Assembly: GCA_043800705.1 (NCBI GenBank)
Contig: JAZDMS010000003.1
Location: 1 to 64,000, forward strand
From: Candidatus Altiarchaeota archaeon
Lineage (GTDB): Archaea > Altiarchaeota > Altiarchaeia > IMC4 > SCGC-AAA252-I15
Reading direction: 5' to 3'
DNA length: 64,000 nt
Below the pieces are notes generated by a model. It was not told the DNA's origin, made no database searches, and worked only from the letters and a program-made list of their open reading frames with translations. Numbering within the stretch: position 1 is the stretch's first letter; each line of letters opens with the position of its first letter. This document shows positions 9,743 to 18,937 of this stretch, piece by piece. A program made the position numbers and the translations under genes.

Positions 9743-10054
9743 ATGCAAAAGACCAGGGCTGTCGGCCAGGTTTCGGCACCGGAATTGGACGTAGGCCCTA
9801 TGGATCTTGAAAGGGGCTTTAATCCGCCCATTACGGGCGAGGGCGTGTCTGCTGCCGCCTTGTCGAGGTTCGCCTCAAGGGGTATGGAGGTGCTTTCGGC
9901 GCAGTACGGTCACATGTCTATGGCGAAAGGTCTTCAGGAGGATCCGGTTGTCTTGGATGGCATGGGGCGGCTTCAGCAGATTGTCAGGCGGCAGCATGAA
10001 CTTTTAACGGCAGTGTCGAAGCGGATCAATGGCTCAGGGAACAATGAACTCTGA
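9743..10054 (+). CDS. hypothetical protein
   Basis: ATG ORF after a TTTAAG box; overlaps the next gene. Confidence 0.5.
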   Translation: MQKTRAVGQVSAPELDVGPMDLERGFNPPITGEGVSAAALSRFASRGMEVLSAQYGHMSMAKGLQEDPVVLDGMGRLQQIVRRQHELLTAVSKRINGSGNNEL

Positions 10055-10802
10055 CGACCTTTTCCTCCAGTGTCTGGACAGGGAGAAATCCATAGAGGGG
10101 GGGCTCCTGCAGGAATACACGAAATACTATTCCTCCCTGAAGGACGACAACCTGCGTCTCATGATGAAGGAGATATTCCTGCTTGGGATCACTCAGATGA
10201 AGGTCGCAAACGAGATGATACGCTACATGCAGGAGAGGAAACCGGGGACTGCGGGGGTTCCGTCGTCCTCCTATGCGCAGTCCATCAGTCTGCCGGATGA
10301 GATAACCGGCTTCACCCCCCCCGATTCGATGATCGTGGAGGTGAGTCCGTGGGACTACGGGTCGTTCGTCGCCAAATCGATGAGGCACCTCGTCACCGAC
10401 CGCGGGCTTTCCTGCGTCTACGTCTCGGTGACCAAGCCCCTCGTCGTGATCAAGGACATGATGATCCAGGCGGGCGCGGACATGTCGAGGATAAGCTTCA
10501 TAGAGTGTTCGAGCCTGCAGGAGTCCAAGGACGCAGTATCTCCGGAAAGCCTTGAGGAGCTCAACTACAGGATCGACTCCCTTCTTGACAGGATGGGGGA
10601 CTGCGGCAGGTTCGTCGTCATCGACACTATTTCGGCGCTGAGGGTGTACAATGCGGAGCCGATCATACTCGACTTTGTCAACATAACGAACAAGAGGGCT
10701 AAGATCCGCGGATACGGGCTCATGCTGCTGGACATACCCTCGGAGAATGATCCCATCAATCCCGTGATGCGGACCTTCGTCGACAAGGTCGTGACTGCCT
10801 GA
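10029..10802 (+). CDS. hypothetical protein with degenerate RecA/KaiC-like P-loop domain
   Basis: CVYVSVTKP, ISFIEC, FVVIDTISAL, FVDKVV pattern without an intact Walker A. Confidence 0.65.
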   Translation: MAQGTMNSDDLFLQCLDREKSIEGGLLQEYTKYYSSLKDDNLRLMMKEIFLLGITQMKVANEMIRYMQERKPGTAGVPSSSYAQSISLPDEITGFTPPDSMIVEVSPWDYGSFVAKSMRHLVTDRGLSCVYVSVTKPLVVIKDMMIQAGADMSRISFIECSSLQESKDAVSPESLEELNYRIDSLLDRMGDCGRFVVIDTISALRVYNAEPIILDFVNITNKRAKIRGYGLMLLDIPSENDPINPVMRTFVDKVVTA

Positions 10803-10811
10803 TCTGCTTGC

Positions 10812-11807
10812 TCATCTTTCCAGGAGCGTCTCATAGGCGTGTTTCAGCCGTGCGCCGACCTTCTTCAGCGTGTGTTTCTGGCTCATCTCATAGGCCCTCT
10901 TTCCGAGCTTCTCCCCCGCCTTCCGGTCATGGATCAGGATGTTCAGGGCCCTGGCGAACTCGACGGTGTCCCTCGCCTTCAGGCAGTTGTCTCCGTCCTC
11001 CAGCCAGCCGTCGTACGTCGGGAGGTCCCTGACTATGAGCGGCTTCCCGCAGGCCGCGGCTTCCAGGATGCTTATGCCCTGGTTCTCGCACCAGCTCGGG
11101 AAAACGAAGATATCGCCGGCCAGGTACGCCGCCACGACGTCCTTGACGTAGCCGGTGAAGGTCACGTTGTCGGGCTTGTTTTCGACTGCTTCCTTTATCG
11201 CCCCGTCCACGAATCCCTTGTAGTTGCGGCCGACCCACATGAACCTGGTTTTTGGGAAATATTTTGCGAGTTCCATGAACTCGACGACGCCCTTCCTCTT
11301 GAAGACGTGCCCCACGCTGTACGGCACGATGCCTTCGAGGGCGTATTCCCGCCTGCACTGCTTCCGGGCCTTCTCGTTAGGCTTGAAGGCCTCCGTGTCC
11401 ACCCCGTTCGATATGACCGCAATAGTCCTCTTTACGCCGTAGTCCTTGAGGACGCCTTTGGTGTAGTCCGACGGGGAGACTATGAGGTCCGCTTGGGCGT
11501 AGAAGTACCTGAGGTAGCTCTTGAGCCTCGGCGCCAGCTTCGTCGAGAACCGGAAGCTGTCCTTTAGGTCCTCCACGGTCGTATGGCTGTGTATGACGAC
11601 GGGCACGCCGTTCCATCTCATCTTGTGGGCGACGTAGGCGCTCCGCGGCCCGATGGTGTTTATGTCTATGAGGTCGTAGGTGTCCTGGTAGTCCCTCGTG
11701 ACCTCCACCCCGTTCATCAGAAGCGCCTTCTCCTGGTGGTCTATGGCGCTGCCAATGCCGCTGCCCGTCAGCATCCGGCCGAGTTCGCCGTACAGACAGA
11801 CTTTCAT
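10812..11807 (-). CDS. glycosyltransferase family 4
   Basis: SGIGSAIDHQ, ISNGVD, FVFPSWCENQGISILEA. Confidence 0.92.
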   Translation of the reverse strand: MKVCLYGELGRMLTGSGIGSAIDHQEKALLMNGVEVTRDYQDTYDLIDINTIGPRSAYVAHKMRWNGVPVVIHSHTTVEDLKDSFRFSTKLAPRLKSYLRYFYAQADLIVSPSDYTKGVLKDYGVKRTIAVISNGVDTEAFKPNEKARKQCRREYALEGIVPYSVGHVFKRKGVVEFMELAKYFPKTRFMWVGRNYKGFVDGAIKEAVENKPDNVTFTGYVKDVVAAYLAGDIFVFPSWCENQGISILEAAACGKPLIVRDLPTYDGWLEDGDNCLKARDTVEFARALNILIHDRKAGEKLGKRAYEMSQKHTLKKVGARLKHAYETLLER

Positions 11808-11809
11808 GT

Positions 11810-12733
11810 TCAGACGCGTGCGAGCCAGTGCTCGAACGACTTGTCCGATCCTGCCACTATCTCAAAGAACCTATTCTGTACGGACTTGGTCACAGGTCCA
11901 GGTTTGCCTATCACGTGTCCGTCGACCTCCCGGATCGGCGTCACCTCGGCCGCGGTGCCTGTGAAGAAGACCTCATCCGCGGTATAGAGCATGCCGCGGT
12001 CCACGTCGGTCTCGACTACTTCGATCCCCAACGACTTGGCCAGCTGGATGACGCTGTCCCTCGTTATGCCCATGAGAAGGCTCGCATGCTCGGGGGGCGT
12101 GATGAGCCTGCCGCCTTTCACGAGGAATATGTTCTCGCCGGGGCCTTCTGAGACCATCCCCCTGTTGTCTAGGAGTATGGCCTCCTCGTATCCGGCCTTC
12201 AGGGCCTGGACCTTCGCGAGGATGCTGTTGATGTACTGCCCCGTAGCCTTTGCGCGGGTCGGTATGACGTTGCTGTTGAACCTTTCCACCGATGATATGC
12301 ACGCCCTTATCCCGTTCTTCAATCCCTCCTCGCCGAGGTAGGTGCCCCACGGCCAGACCGCCACTGCCACGTCAACGGGCGCGTTGAGCGGGTTCAGCCC
12401 CATCTCGCCGTATCCCCTGTAGATGATCGGCCTGATGTAGCATGCCTCGATCCTGTTCGCATTTATCGTGTCCTTTATCGCCTGCTCGACCTGTTCTACC
12501 TTGTATGGGACGTCCATGTAGTAGAGCCTCGCGGATTGGAACAGCCTCTCGACGTGCTCCCTCAGCCTGAAGACCGCGGGGCCTTTGTCCGTCCTGTAGC
12601 AGCGTATCCCCTCGAACACTCCGGAGCCGTAGTGCAGGGCGTGCGTCAGCACATGAATTTGCGCCTTGTCCCAGTCTACGAGCTTCCCGTTGTACCATAT
12701 CTTGTCCGTCTTCTTGATTGGCATAACCTTCAC
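11810..12733 (-). CDS. ilvE: branched-chain amino acid aminotransferase
   Basis: HALHYGSGVFEGIRCY, SEGPGENIF, LMGITR, FFTGTAAEVTP. Confidence 0.96.
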   Translation of the reverse strand: MKVMPIKKTDKIWYNGKLVDWDKAQIHVLTHALHYGSGVFEGIRCYRTDKGPAVFRLREHVERLFQSARLYYMDVPYKVEQVEQAIKDTINANRIEACYIRPIIYRGYGEMGLNPLNAPVDVAVAVWPWGTYLGEEGLKNGIRACISSVERFNSNVIPTRAKATGQYINSILAKVQALKAGYEEAILLDNRGMVSEGPGENIFLVKGGRLITPPEHASLLMGITRDSVIQLAKSLGIEVVETDVDRGMLYTADEVFFTGTAAEVTPIREVDGHVIGKPGPVTKSVQNRFFEIVAGSDKSFEHWLARV

Positions 12734-12737
12734 CCCT

Positions 12738-13772
12738 TTAGTAAATCACCCGTTCGAGTGCGAATTCGGCGTCCTTGTGCCTGATGGTGACGCCCGGCTC
12801 CTGGACGATCCTGCCGATCATCATCAGGTCGAAACGTTTCCCGTATTTCGCGACTATGTCCTTCCCGTCCGCCTCGGACACGATAGCGCATAGGCCGATT
12901 CCCATGTTGAACGTCTTGTACATCTCCTGGTCTGTGATCCTGCCGAGCTCCTGAATCTTCTTGAACACCATCTGCGGCTCCGGCATGTGCTCGAGGCGGA
13001 ACCCGTAGTTGGTGAGCCTGCAGAGGTTGAGGAATCCGCCGCCTGTTATGTGGGCCATCCCGTGGACGTCGTATCTGCCGAAGAGCTCCAGCGCCTCCTT
13101 GACGTATATCCTCGTCGGGGCAAGGAGGTTCATCCACATGTTCTTTGGGAGCACCTTCCTCGCGAGGGTGAGGCCGTTGGTGTGGATCCCGGAGCTTTTG
13201 AAGCCGAGGATGGCGTCGCCGGGCTCGATCTTCTCCCCGGTTATGATCTTGTCCTTCCTTACGATGCCGATGACTGCGGCAGCAAGGTCGAATCCCCTGT
13301 TTTCGACTCCGGTGATGATGTCCGGAAGCGACGCGGTCTCGCCGCCTACGATCGCGATCCCTGCCTCCTTCGCCCCGTCATGCAGTCCCTTGGATATGTC
13401 CCTGGCGATCTCGTCGTTGGTGTGGCTCATCGCGAGGTAGTCGACCATCGAGATCGGCTCCGCCCCGACGCAGATGGCGTCGTTGACGTTCGACGCGACG
13501 CAGTCTATCCCGATTGTGTCGTATTTTTCGAGCTCCTGGGCGACGAGCACCTTGCTGCCAACGCCATCGGTGCAGAAGGCCAATGCATAGTCTCCCATGT
13601 CTATGAGGTTGGCGAAGCTGCCGACGTCTACCATGACGGCCCCCGTCTTGCCTTCCCTGTATGCGAACGTCCTGCGTACCCAGTTTTGGATGTTTCTGAT
13701 GGTCCTGTCCTCCTTCCTGAAATCGACCCCGGCCTTAGCGTAGGTGTCCGGCCTCTCGGCGGGCTTCTTCAT
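12738..13772 (-). CDS. purM: phosphoribosylformylglycinamidine cyclo-ligase
   Basis: YAKAGVD, TDGVGSK, GGETA, SSGIHTNG, AHITGGG, TFNMGIG. Confidence 0.97.
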   Translation of the reverse strand: MKKPAERPDTYAKAGVDFRKEDRTIRNIQNWVRRTFAYREGKTGAVMVDVGSFANLIDMGDYALAFCTDGVGSKVLVAQELEKYDTIGIDCVASNVNDAICVGAEPISMVDYLAMSHTNDEIARDISKGLHDGAKEAGIAIVGGETASLPDIITGVENRGFDLAAAVIGIVRKDKIITGEKIEPGDAILGFKSSGIHTNGLTLARKVLPKNMWMNLLAPTRIYVKEALELFGRYDVHGMAHITGGGFLNLCRLTNYGFRLEHMPEPQMVFKKIQELGRITDQEMYKTFNMGIGLCAIVSEADGKDIVAKYGKRFDLMMIGRIVQEPGVTIRHKDAEFALERVIY

Positions 13773-13951
13773 AGACTAACCATATGGAAACCGCGTTTTA
13801 AAATAGGCCAAAGCGGGGGAATGGGCGTCAAATAGCGTCATATACGGCGAAATACGGCCATCCAATGGGATGTGTCAAAAGGACGGTCAAAACGGCAACC
13901 TAACGATAAAAAAAAAACAGAATCTGACGGGGTCTTCCCCCCGCCATATGT

Positions 13952-14431
13952 TCAGAACTTCTTGCCCTCTACTTCGCCGATCTTCATCGCCAGAAGCTTC
14001 CTCAGCTCCGAGATGTGTTCCTCCTCCTCCATCAGGATGTGCCTGACGTCGTGTTCGAGCCTGAGGAAGGTGTAGGGCAGGCTCGGCTTGTTTTCCCCTA
14101 TATTCTCCAATATGGCTCCATAGTATTCGACGGCCTCCATCTCGCCTTTGAGGTTAGCTATCAGTATCCCTTTTATGTCTTTCGCCTCTGTCGTCTTGGC
14201 GATGCCCATCGACGGCGTGCCGTCGAGGTAGTCCCCGATAAGTTCCCTGTACTTGGCCGCGTGCTTCGCCTCGTCGGACGCTATCTCCTTGAGCCTCTCG
14301 ATGATGGGTTCGCTGTTTATCCCGTCCACGAGCTCGGCATGGGACAGGTACTGGACGTTCGCCTGGTGCTCCATCTCCAGGGCCTTGTTCAAAAGCTGTA
14401 TGATCTCCTTTCTCACGTTATCATTGGTCAA
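13952..14431 (-). CDS. ferritin-like (bacterioferritin/rubrerythrin fold) protein
   Basis: E..Y / EAKH / EMEAVEYY / EEEH diiron ligand pattern; TTG start inferred from a GGTGAGGTGG RBS. Confidence 0.85.
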   Translation of the reverse strand: MTNDNVRKEIIQLLNKALEMEHQANVQYLSHAELVDGINSEPIIERLKEIASDEAKHAAKYRELIGDYLDGTPSMGIAKTTEAKDIKGILIANLKGEMEAVEYYGAILENIGENKPSLPYTFLRLEHDVRHILMEEEEHISELRKLLAMKIGEVEGKKF

Positions 14432-14561
14432 AAATACCACCTCACCAAGTATCTCTCTCATTGGAGCATAAATAGTCGACGGCCACCTAATCGTAAGTGC
14501 ATCCGCACGACTCAGCCGGCCTTCGGCCGACATTTTGGGCGATGCCAGCCAAGAAACAGGC

Positions 14562-15122
14562 CTAAGCCCCTTCGTTTTTCCTCTTAATCTCCTCTAACCT
14601 CGCCAGGTATGTCTGCGCCTCCTTTCGCGGGTCGTATCTGTCCCTTTCAGCGACGGATTTGATGGTCTTAAGCGCATGTTCCCTCGTCTTCGGATCCGAC
14701 ATAGGCAGGCTTATCTGCCCGATGAGGGCTCGGACGGCAGCAGCCCTTACGGTCGTCGGATATTTTCCGGCTTGGCCGTCAGTAAAGGGGGTGCTTAGGT
14801 ATTGGACGGCCTTCGGGCTGTTCATCGTGGCTAGAGTCTTTGCGGCGTATTCCCTGTCTGTCGTGGATGTTCCGTCTCCCGTCAGGAAACTCCCAACGGC
14901 TTCGGCGCACAGGTCCTTGAAGGCTTTGTCATGGCTCCCCATCGACAAGGATGCGATGGAATCCAAGGCCCCCCTCCTTCCGGATATCCTGGCTCTCAAG
15001 GCCTCCTTCAGCCCGTCCAACCGTTCTGTCGGGGTCTTTTCAGCGGCTTTGGGCGTCGGTAGTTTTTCCGCCTCAGGCGCGGCAGTGGCATTAGTATTCG
15101 CGGGATTGGCTTGGGTGCTCAT
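14562..15122 (-). CDS. hypothetical protein, HEAT-repeat-like
   Basis: DREYAAKTLA, VRAAAVRAL, PRKEAQTYL helical repeats. Confidence 0.6.
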   Translation of the reverse strand: MSTQANPANTNATAAPEAEKLPTPKAAEKTPTERLDGLKEALRARISGRRGALDSIASLSMGSHDKAFKDLCAEAVGSFLTGDGTSTTDREYAAKTLATMNSPKAVQYLSTPFTDGQAGKYPTTVRAAAVRALIGQISLPMSDPKTREHALKTIKSVAERDRYDPRKEAQTYLARLEEIKRKNEGA

Positions 15123-15167
15123 GTCAGATTCTGGGAAGCACAGGAATATAACCGGCTCCGATAAGGA

Positions 15168-15800
15168 TCACTTCAGCGACCTGATGTACTCCATCAGCTC
15201 CTCGTCTGTGTCGACTAATGCGTCGGGTTTCTCGGATGCCAGCCTGGCCCTCGAATGCAGGCCCCACGTCACGGCGGCTATCTTCATCCTGGCCTTCCTG
15301 CAGGCCTGTATGTCTTCGACCATGTCGCCTACGTAGACGCATTCGTCGGGGGTGACCCCCAGGGCGCTGCACGCGTAAAGGAGGGGTATGGGCGAAGGCT
15401 TCCTCTCCTCGAAGTCGTCGCCTGAGACGACGACCTTCATACCTGCCAGTATGCCGTTCCTCTCAAGCTCCCTCCTGAGGGGCTTCCTCGGCGCGCTAGA
15501 CACGACAGCCAACACATAGTCCTTCCCCATCTCCTCCTCGAAGCCGCTCACCCACGGATAGGCGAGGGGCCTCTCCGTCGCGATCTTGCGCTCCCAGTGG
15601 TCGATGAGGTACTTCGCATGGTCTGTGAGGCCCATGTCGTCGAGCATGTCCCTCCAGTCGTGGCGGAACTTCTCCTGGTACTCCTCCCGCGTCCAGGCCT
15701 GCAGCTTGAAGTGGTCGAATACCTCTGTATAGGTCTCCATCATGAAGTCGAGGATGTCCCAGAGCGTCCCGTCCCAGTCTAAAAGTACCGCCTTTATCAT
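15168..15800 (-). CDS. HAD-superfamily hydrolase (phosphoglycolate phosphatase-like)
   Basis: LLDWDGTL, KPSP, YVGDMVEDI; start set at MIKAV. Confidence 0.93.
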   Translation of the reverse strand: MIKAVLLDWDGTLWDILDFMMETYTEVFDHFKLQAWTREEYQEKFRHDWRDMLDDMGLTDHAKYLIDHWERKIATERPLAYPWVSGFEEEMGKDYVLAVVSSAPRKPLRRELERNGILAGMKVVVSGDDFEERKPSPIPLLYACSALGVTPDECVYVGDMVEDIQACRKARMKIAAVTWGLHSRARLASEKPDALVDTDEELMEYIRSLK

Positions 15801-16540
15801 GTCCTTATCTTCAGGAATTTCAGCGCGTTCTCTGTGGTCGCGGACGCGACGGCGTCGAAGGACTCGCCCCTCAATTCCGCGATCTTCTCGCAACCTCGTC
15901 GTACGTCGGACGGCTCAGACCGCCCCCCCCTGACGGGCGGTAGATACGGCGCATCCGTCTCCAGCACAAGGGACTCGATAGGCAGACTCTTCGCAAGCTC
16001 CTGCCTGCCCCTGGAATGCGTCACATTCGCGGGTATCGAGATGAGACACCCGGATTCGACGGCTTCAAAGGCCTCCATAAGGTTTCCGGAGAAACAGTGC
16101 ATTATAGCTCTTACCTTACGCTCCCTCAGTATATTAATACAGTCGGCTTCCGCATCCCTCGAATGCACGAGAAGCGGGAGGCCAAGTTCCAAGCTCAGGT
16201 CGGCGACCCTGATGAAGTGCTCCCTCTCGATCGCCTTGCCGGGCTCGTCCTTCACCCAGTGGTAGTCGAGGCCGGCTTCGCCGACTCCGACGATCAGTTT
16301 TCGGTTTTCAGTTATCAGTTCCATCATCCGCTGGAACTTTTCCCCGTCCAGCTCCGATGCTGATACGCCCAGCATGCATCGTACGTTCGGGTATTTGTCT
16401 GCAAGATCGAGCCCCTTCCTCACGGAATCGGGGTCTACTGTCGAATTGACTATCAGAATATCATTGGCTCGTCCCACGACTTCGTCCCTGTCGCCGTCGA
16501 ACTGGGGGAAGTCCAGGTGGCAGTGGACGTCAACCAACAT
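15797..16540 (-). CDS. tatD: TatD-family deoxyribonuclease
   Basis: DVHCHL, GEAGLDY, VHSR, HCFSG, LETDAPY. Confidence 0.94.
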   Translation of the reverse strand: MLVDVHCHLDFPQFDGDRDEVVGRANDILIVNSTVDPDSVRKGLDLADKYPNVRCMLGVSASELDGEKFQRMMELITENRKLIVGVGEAGLDYHWVKDEPGKAIEREHFIRVADLSLELGLPLLVHSRDAEADCINILRERKVRAIMHCFSGNLMEAFEAVESGCLISIPANVTHSRGRQELAKSLPIESLVLETDAPYLPPVRGGRSEPSDVRRGCEKIAELRGESFDAVASATTENALKFLKIRT

Positions 16541-17303
16541 ATTCCACCTGTATCGAGTCCCCGGCCCGCACGCCGAGGCGCTCCGCGGCGTTGCCATGGT
16601 TCACGTCGACTTCCAGGAGCCCGTGACTCCCCTTCAGCACCACAAGCTCGCCGGGATTGACGTCGCTGAACTTTACCGCGCCGACGGCGTCGAATTTCCT
16701 GGGGCCGTGGATGACCTGGAGCTTCATCCCGGGGCTCAGATCCTTCGCTATCGTGGTTATTATGTTGCCGAAGCTGTCGACGTGGATGACGGTGTCCTCC
16801 TTCAGGTCCAGGGGCTGAAGCTCCTTGATTCTCGTGCCGAGGGTGTCTATGTCGACCCCTCTCGTCAGAAGCCCTGCAGCGGGGGCGAAGACGTCCCTGC
16901 CGTGGAAGGTGGCGGACACGTTGGTGAGCCCGGCCCTCTCCTGTACGGTGAGCGGGTCGAGGTCGATGACTCTTACTATCTCCTGATCCTTCAGCGCCCA
17001 CCTGAGCACGCCGTTGTCGGGGCCCAGGAGGAAGCAGTAGTCGGTCTCTATCGCGATGGCCTTCCTCTTCGAGCCCACTCCGGGGTCGACGACGACCACA
17101 TGGACCGTGTTCTTCGGGAAATGTCTCCAGATCCTTGATAGGACGAAGGCTCCGCCGAATACGTTGTACCTTTCGATGGAATGCGTCACGTCGACTATTT
17201 CCGCATCGATGTTGACCTTCTTTATGACTCCCCTCATCTCGCCGACGTAGTGGCCTTCGCCGAAGTCGGAAGTCAAGGAGACCAGACGAACATGGCCGAC
17301 CAT
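16530..17303 (-). CDS. SAM hydroxide adenosyltransferase / chlorinase-fluorinase family (DUF62)
   Basis: SDFG, VVVDPGVGS, GPDNG, SATFHGRDVFAP, VDSFGN. Confidence 0.94.
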   Translation of the reverse strand: MVGHVRLVSLTSDFGEGHYVGEMRGVIKKVNIDAEIVDVTHSIERYNVFGGAFVLSRIWRHFPKNTVHVVVVDPGVGSKRKAIAIETDYCFLLGPDNGVLRWALKDQEIVRVIDLDPLTVQERAGLTNVSATFHGRDVFAPAAGLLTRGVDIDTLGTRIKELQPLDLKEDTVIHVDSFGNIITTIAKDLSPGMKLQVIHGPRKFDAVGAVKFSDVNPGELVVLKGSHGLLEVDVNHGNAAERLGVRAGDSIQVEYVG

Positions 17304-17323
17304 GGTACTGTATCAGAACGCAT

Positions 17324-18028
17324 TTAAAAAACTTCATCGGGCCTGAGTTTCCCCTCGTACAGCGCCTTCCCGAGGACGACTCCCCAGGCTCCGGCCTTCC
17401 TGCACGATTCGACATCGGCCTTGGAGGATATTCCCCCGGATATTATAACCGGCTTGTCAGACGCATCGACGACTGCCTTGGCTGCGCCGTAGTCTATGCC
17501 TTCCATCCTTCCTTCGACGTCGACATTCGTGTAGAGGAATCCCCACACATATTTTCCGCAGGCTCTCATCATGTCTTCAGTCTTCAGTCTCGAGTCTTCC
17601 GTCCATCCTTTTACCGTGACGTATCCGCCTTTGGAGTCTACTGCAACGATGATCCTGTCCATGTACTCCGCCAGAGCCTTGAGGGTCTTGAATTCCGGGT
17701 ATTCCCCCGCGGCGAGCGTCCCTACGACTATCCTGTCCTCCGGCTTCAGAGCATCCAGCGCGTTCCGTGCCGAATCGAGGCTCCTGATCCCCCCGCCGAA
17801 TTCGACAGGCAGTCCCGCGGCCCTTTTCACCTTCAATGCGAGGCCGAAGTTGTTGCCTCCCTCCAGGGTGGCGTCCAGGTCGACTATATGGAGCATCCTG
17901 GCGCCCCCCCTCTTCCACTCGAGAGCCTTCGACACCGGGTCGCCGAAATCCTTCTTGGTGTCCGGCTTTCCGCCCACCAATTGGACGCATCTGCCTCCCA
18001 TTATGTCGATAGCTGGTATGACTTCCAT
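17324..18028 (-). CDS. hisA: ProFAR isomerase
   Basis: IPAIDIMGGRCVQL, HIVDLD, GGGIRS, TNVDVEG, SGGISS, GKALY. Confidence 0.93.
   Translation of the reverse strand: MEVIPAIDIMGGRCVQLVGGKPDTKKDFGDPVSKALEWKRGGARMLHIVDLDATLEGGNNFGLALKVKRAAGLPVEFGGGIRSLDSARNALDALKPEDRIVVGTLAAGEYPEFKTLKALAEYMDRIIVAVDSKGGYVTVKGWTEDSRLKTEDMMRACGKYVWGFLYTNVDVEGRMEGIDYGAAKAVVDASDKPVIISGGISSKADVESCRKAGAWGVVLGKALYEGKLRPDEVF
17573..17603. repeat. short heptamer tract inside hisA
   Basis: GTCTTCA GTCTTCA GTCTCGA GTCTTCC GTC, encoding TEDSRLKTED. Confidence 0.55.
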
Positions 18029-18063
18029 GCTACTAATATAACCGGAAAAACAATATATACCCT

Positions 18064-18264
18064 ATGCCAAAGCGGTCTGTGCAGGCCCAAGCCAGGCACG
18101 AAGAGACGAAGCAGGCGATACAGTCGGAGCTGGAAAAATACGAGCAGATTGTGAGGGAACTGAGGACCTCGACAGAAAGCACCCTTGCAAGGACTCATAA
18201 GCAGAAGGAGTACCACCGGAAGATACTGGAGCTGCAGCAGAAGCTGCAAAGCCACGGCCACTAG
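18064..18264 (+). CDS. small coiled-coil hypothetical protein
   Basis: 66-aa ATG ORF divergent from hisA. Confidence 0.55.
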   Translation: MPKRSVQAQARHEETKQAIQSELEKYEQIVRELRTSTESTLARTHKQKEYHRKILELQQKLQSHGH

Positions 18265-18457
18265 GCTTTGAACCCTTTCTCCCTCAGCCTTTCGAGGCTG
18301 GCGCGCGCCGCATCCCTGACGAAGCCGATGCCTCCATCATCCCCGGCCACGGCATCCAGGATCCTGATCCTCTCCTTTATCCCTTATCGAGCTGCTCGTC
18401 CCGCCGACCAGCGGGCGAAGCATATGGAGGGGGTCTGCGACCCCTCATGCACTATCA

Positions 18458-18913
18458 TTAGTCTCCGAACATGCTGGCAAACCCTGATGCTGCCTCTTCC
18501 TCGACTTCCATCTTAGGCTCAGTCTCCAGTCCCCTGTCTTCGGTACTCGGTCTCCATCCCCCCTCCAGGTTCGCCAGTATCTTCGCGATGTTCTGGTCGA
18601 TCCTAGTCATCTTCCTCTCCAGCTCGAGGAGGGCGTGCGTCATCTGCTCTGGCGAGTAAACCGCGGCCTTTGCTGCTCGTTTGGCCTTTTCGAATGTTAT
18701 GTCGGCGCATCTTGCCTTCTTCGGGCACATGGCTGCGACGTCTTCGTACATCCGCTTTATCTTGCTCCTTTCCCCTTCGACGACTACCACTAGGTTCTTC
18801 GCCGCTGCCCTGAGTACGCTGCCTTCGAGGCCGTGGACGTGTATCTCCTCCTGCAGCCTGATACGGAACCAGTCTCCGTCCTCGCCGATGACGTGGAATT
18901 TCGCAGATACCAT
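18458..18913 (-). CDS. acylphosphatase-like domain protein with C-terminal coiled coil
   Basis: FHVIG..WFR...GLEGSV...VVVEG pattern; lacks the VQGVGFR loop. Confidence 0.6.
   Translation of the reverse strand: MVSAKFHVIGEDGDWFRIRLQEEIHVHGLEGSVLRAAAKNLVVVVEGERSKIKRMYEDVAAMCPKKARCADITFEKAKRAAKAAVYSPEQMTHALLELERKMTRIDQNIAKILANLEGGWRPSTEDRGLETEPKMEVEEEAASGFASMFGD
18522..18556. repeat. short heptamer tract inside the acylphosphatase-like gene
   Basis: GTCTCCA GTCCCCT GTCTTCG GTACTCG GTCTCCA, encoding WRPSTEDRGLET. Confidence 0.6.
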
Positions 18914-18937
18914 CTCATTCAGATATTTGGGGGAATC

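Noticed and set aside
18261-18458. Possible short minus-strand gene with an in-frame TAA (…IRILDAVAGDDGGIGFVRDAARASLERL…)
   Set aside because: Too short and unsupported to call as a pseudogene or readthrough case.
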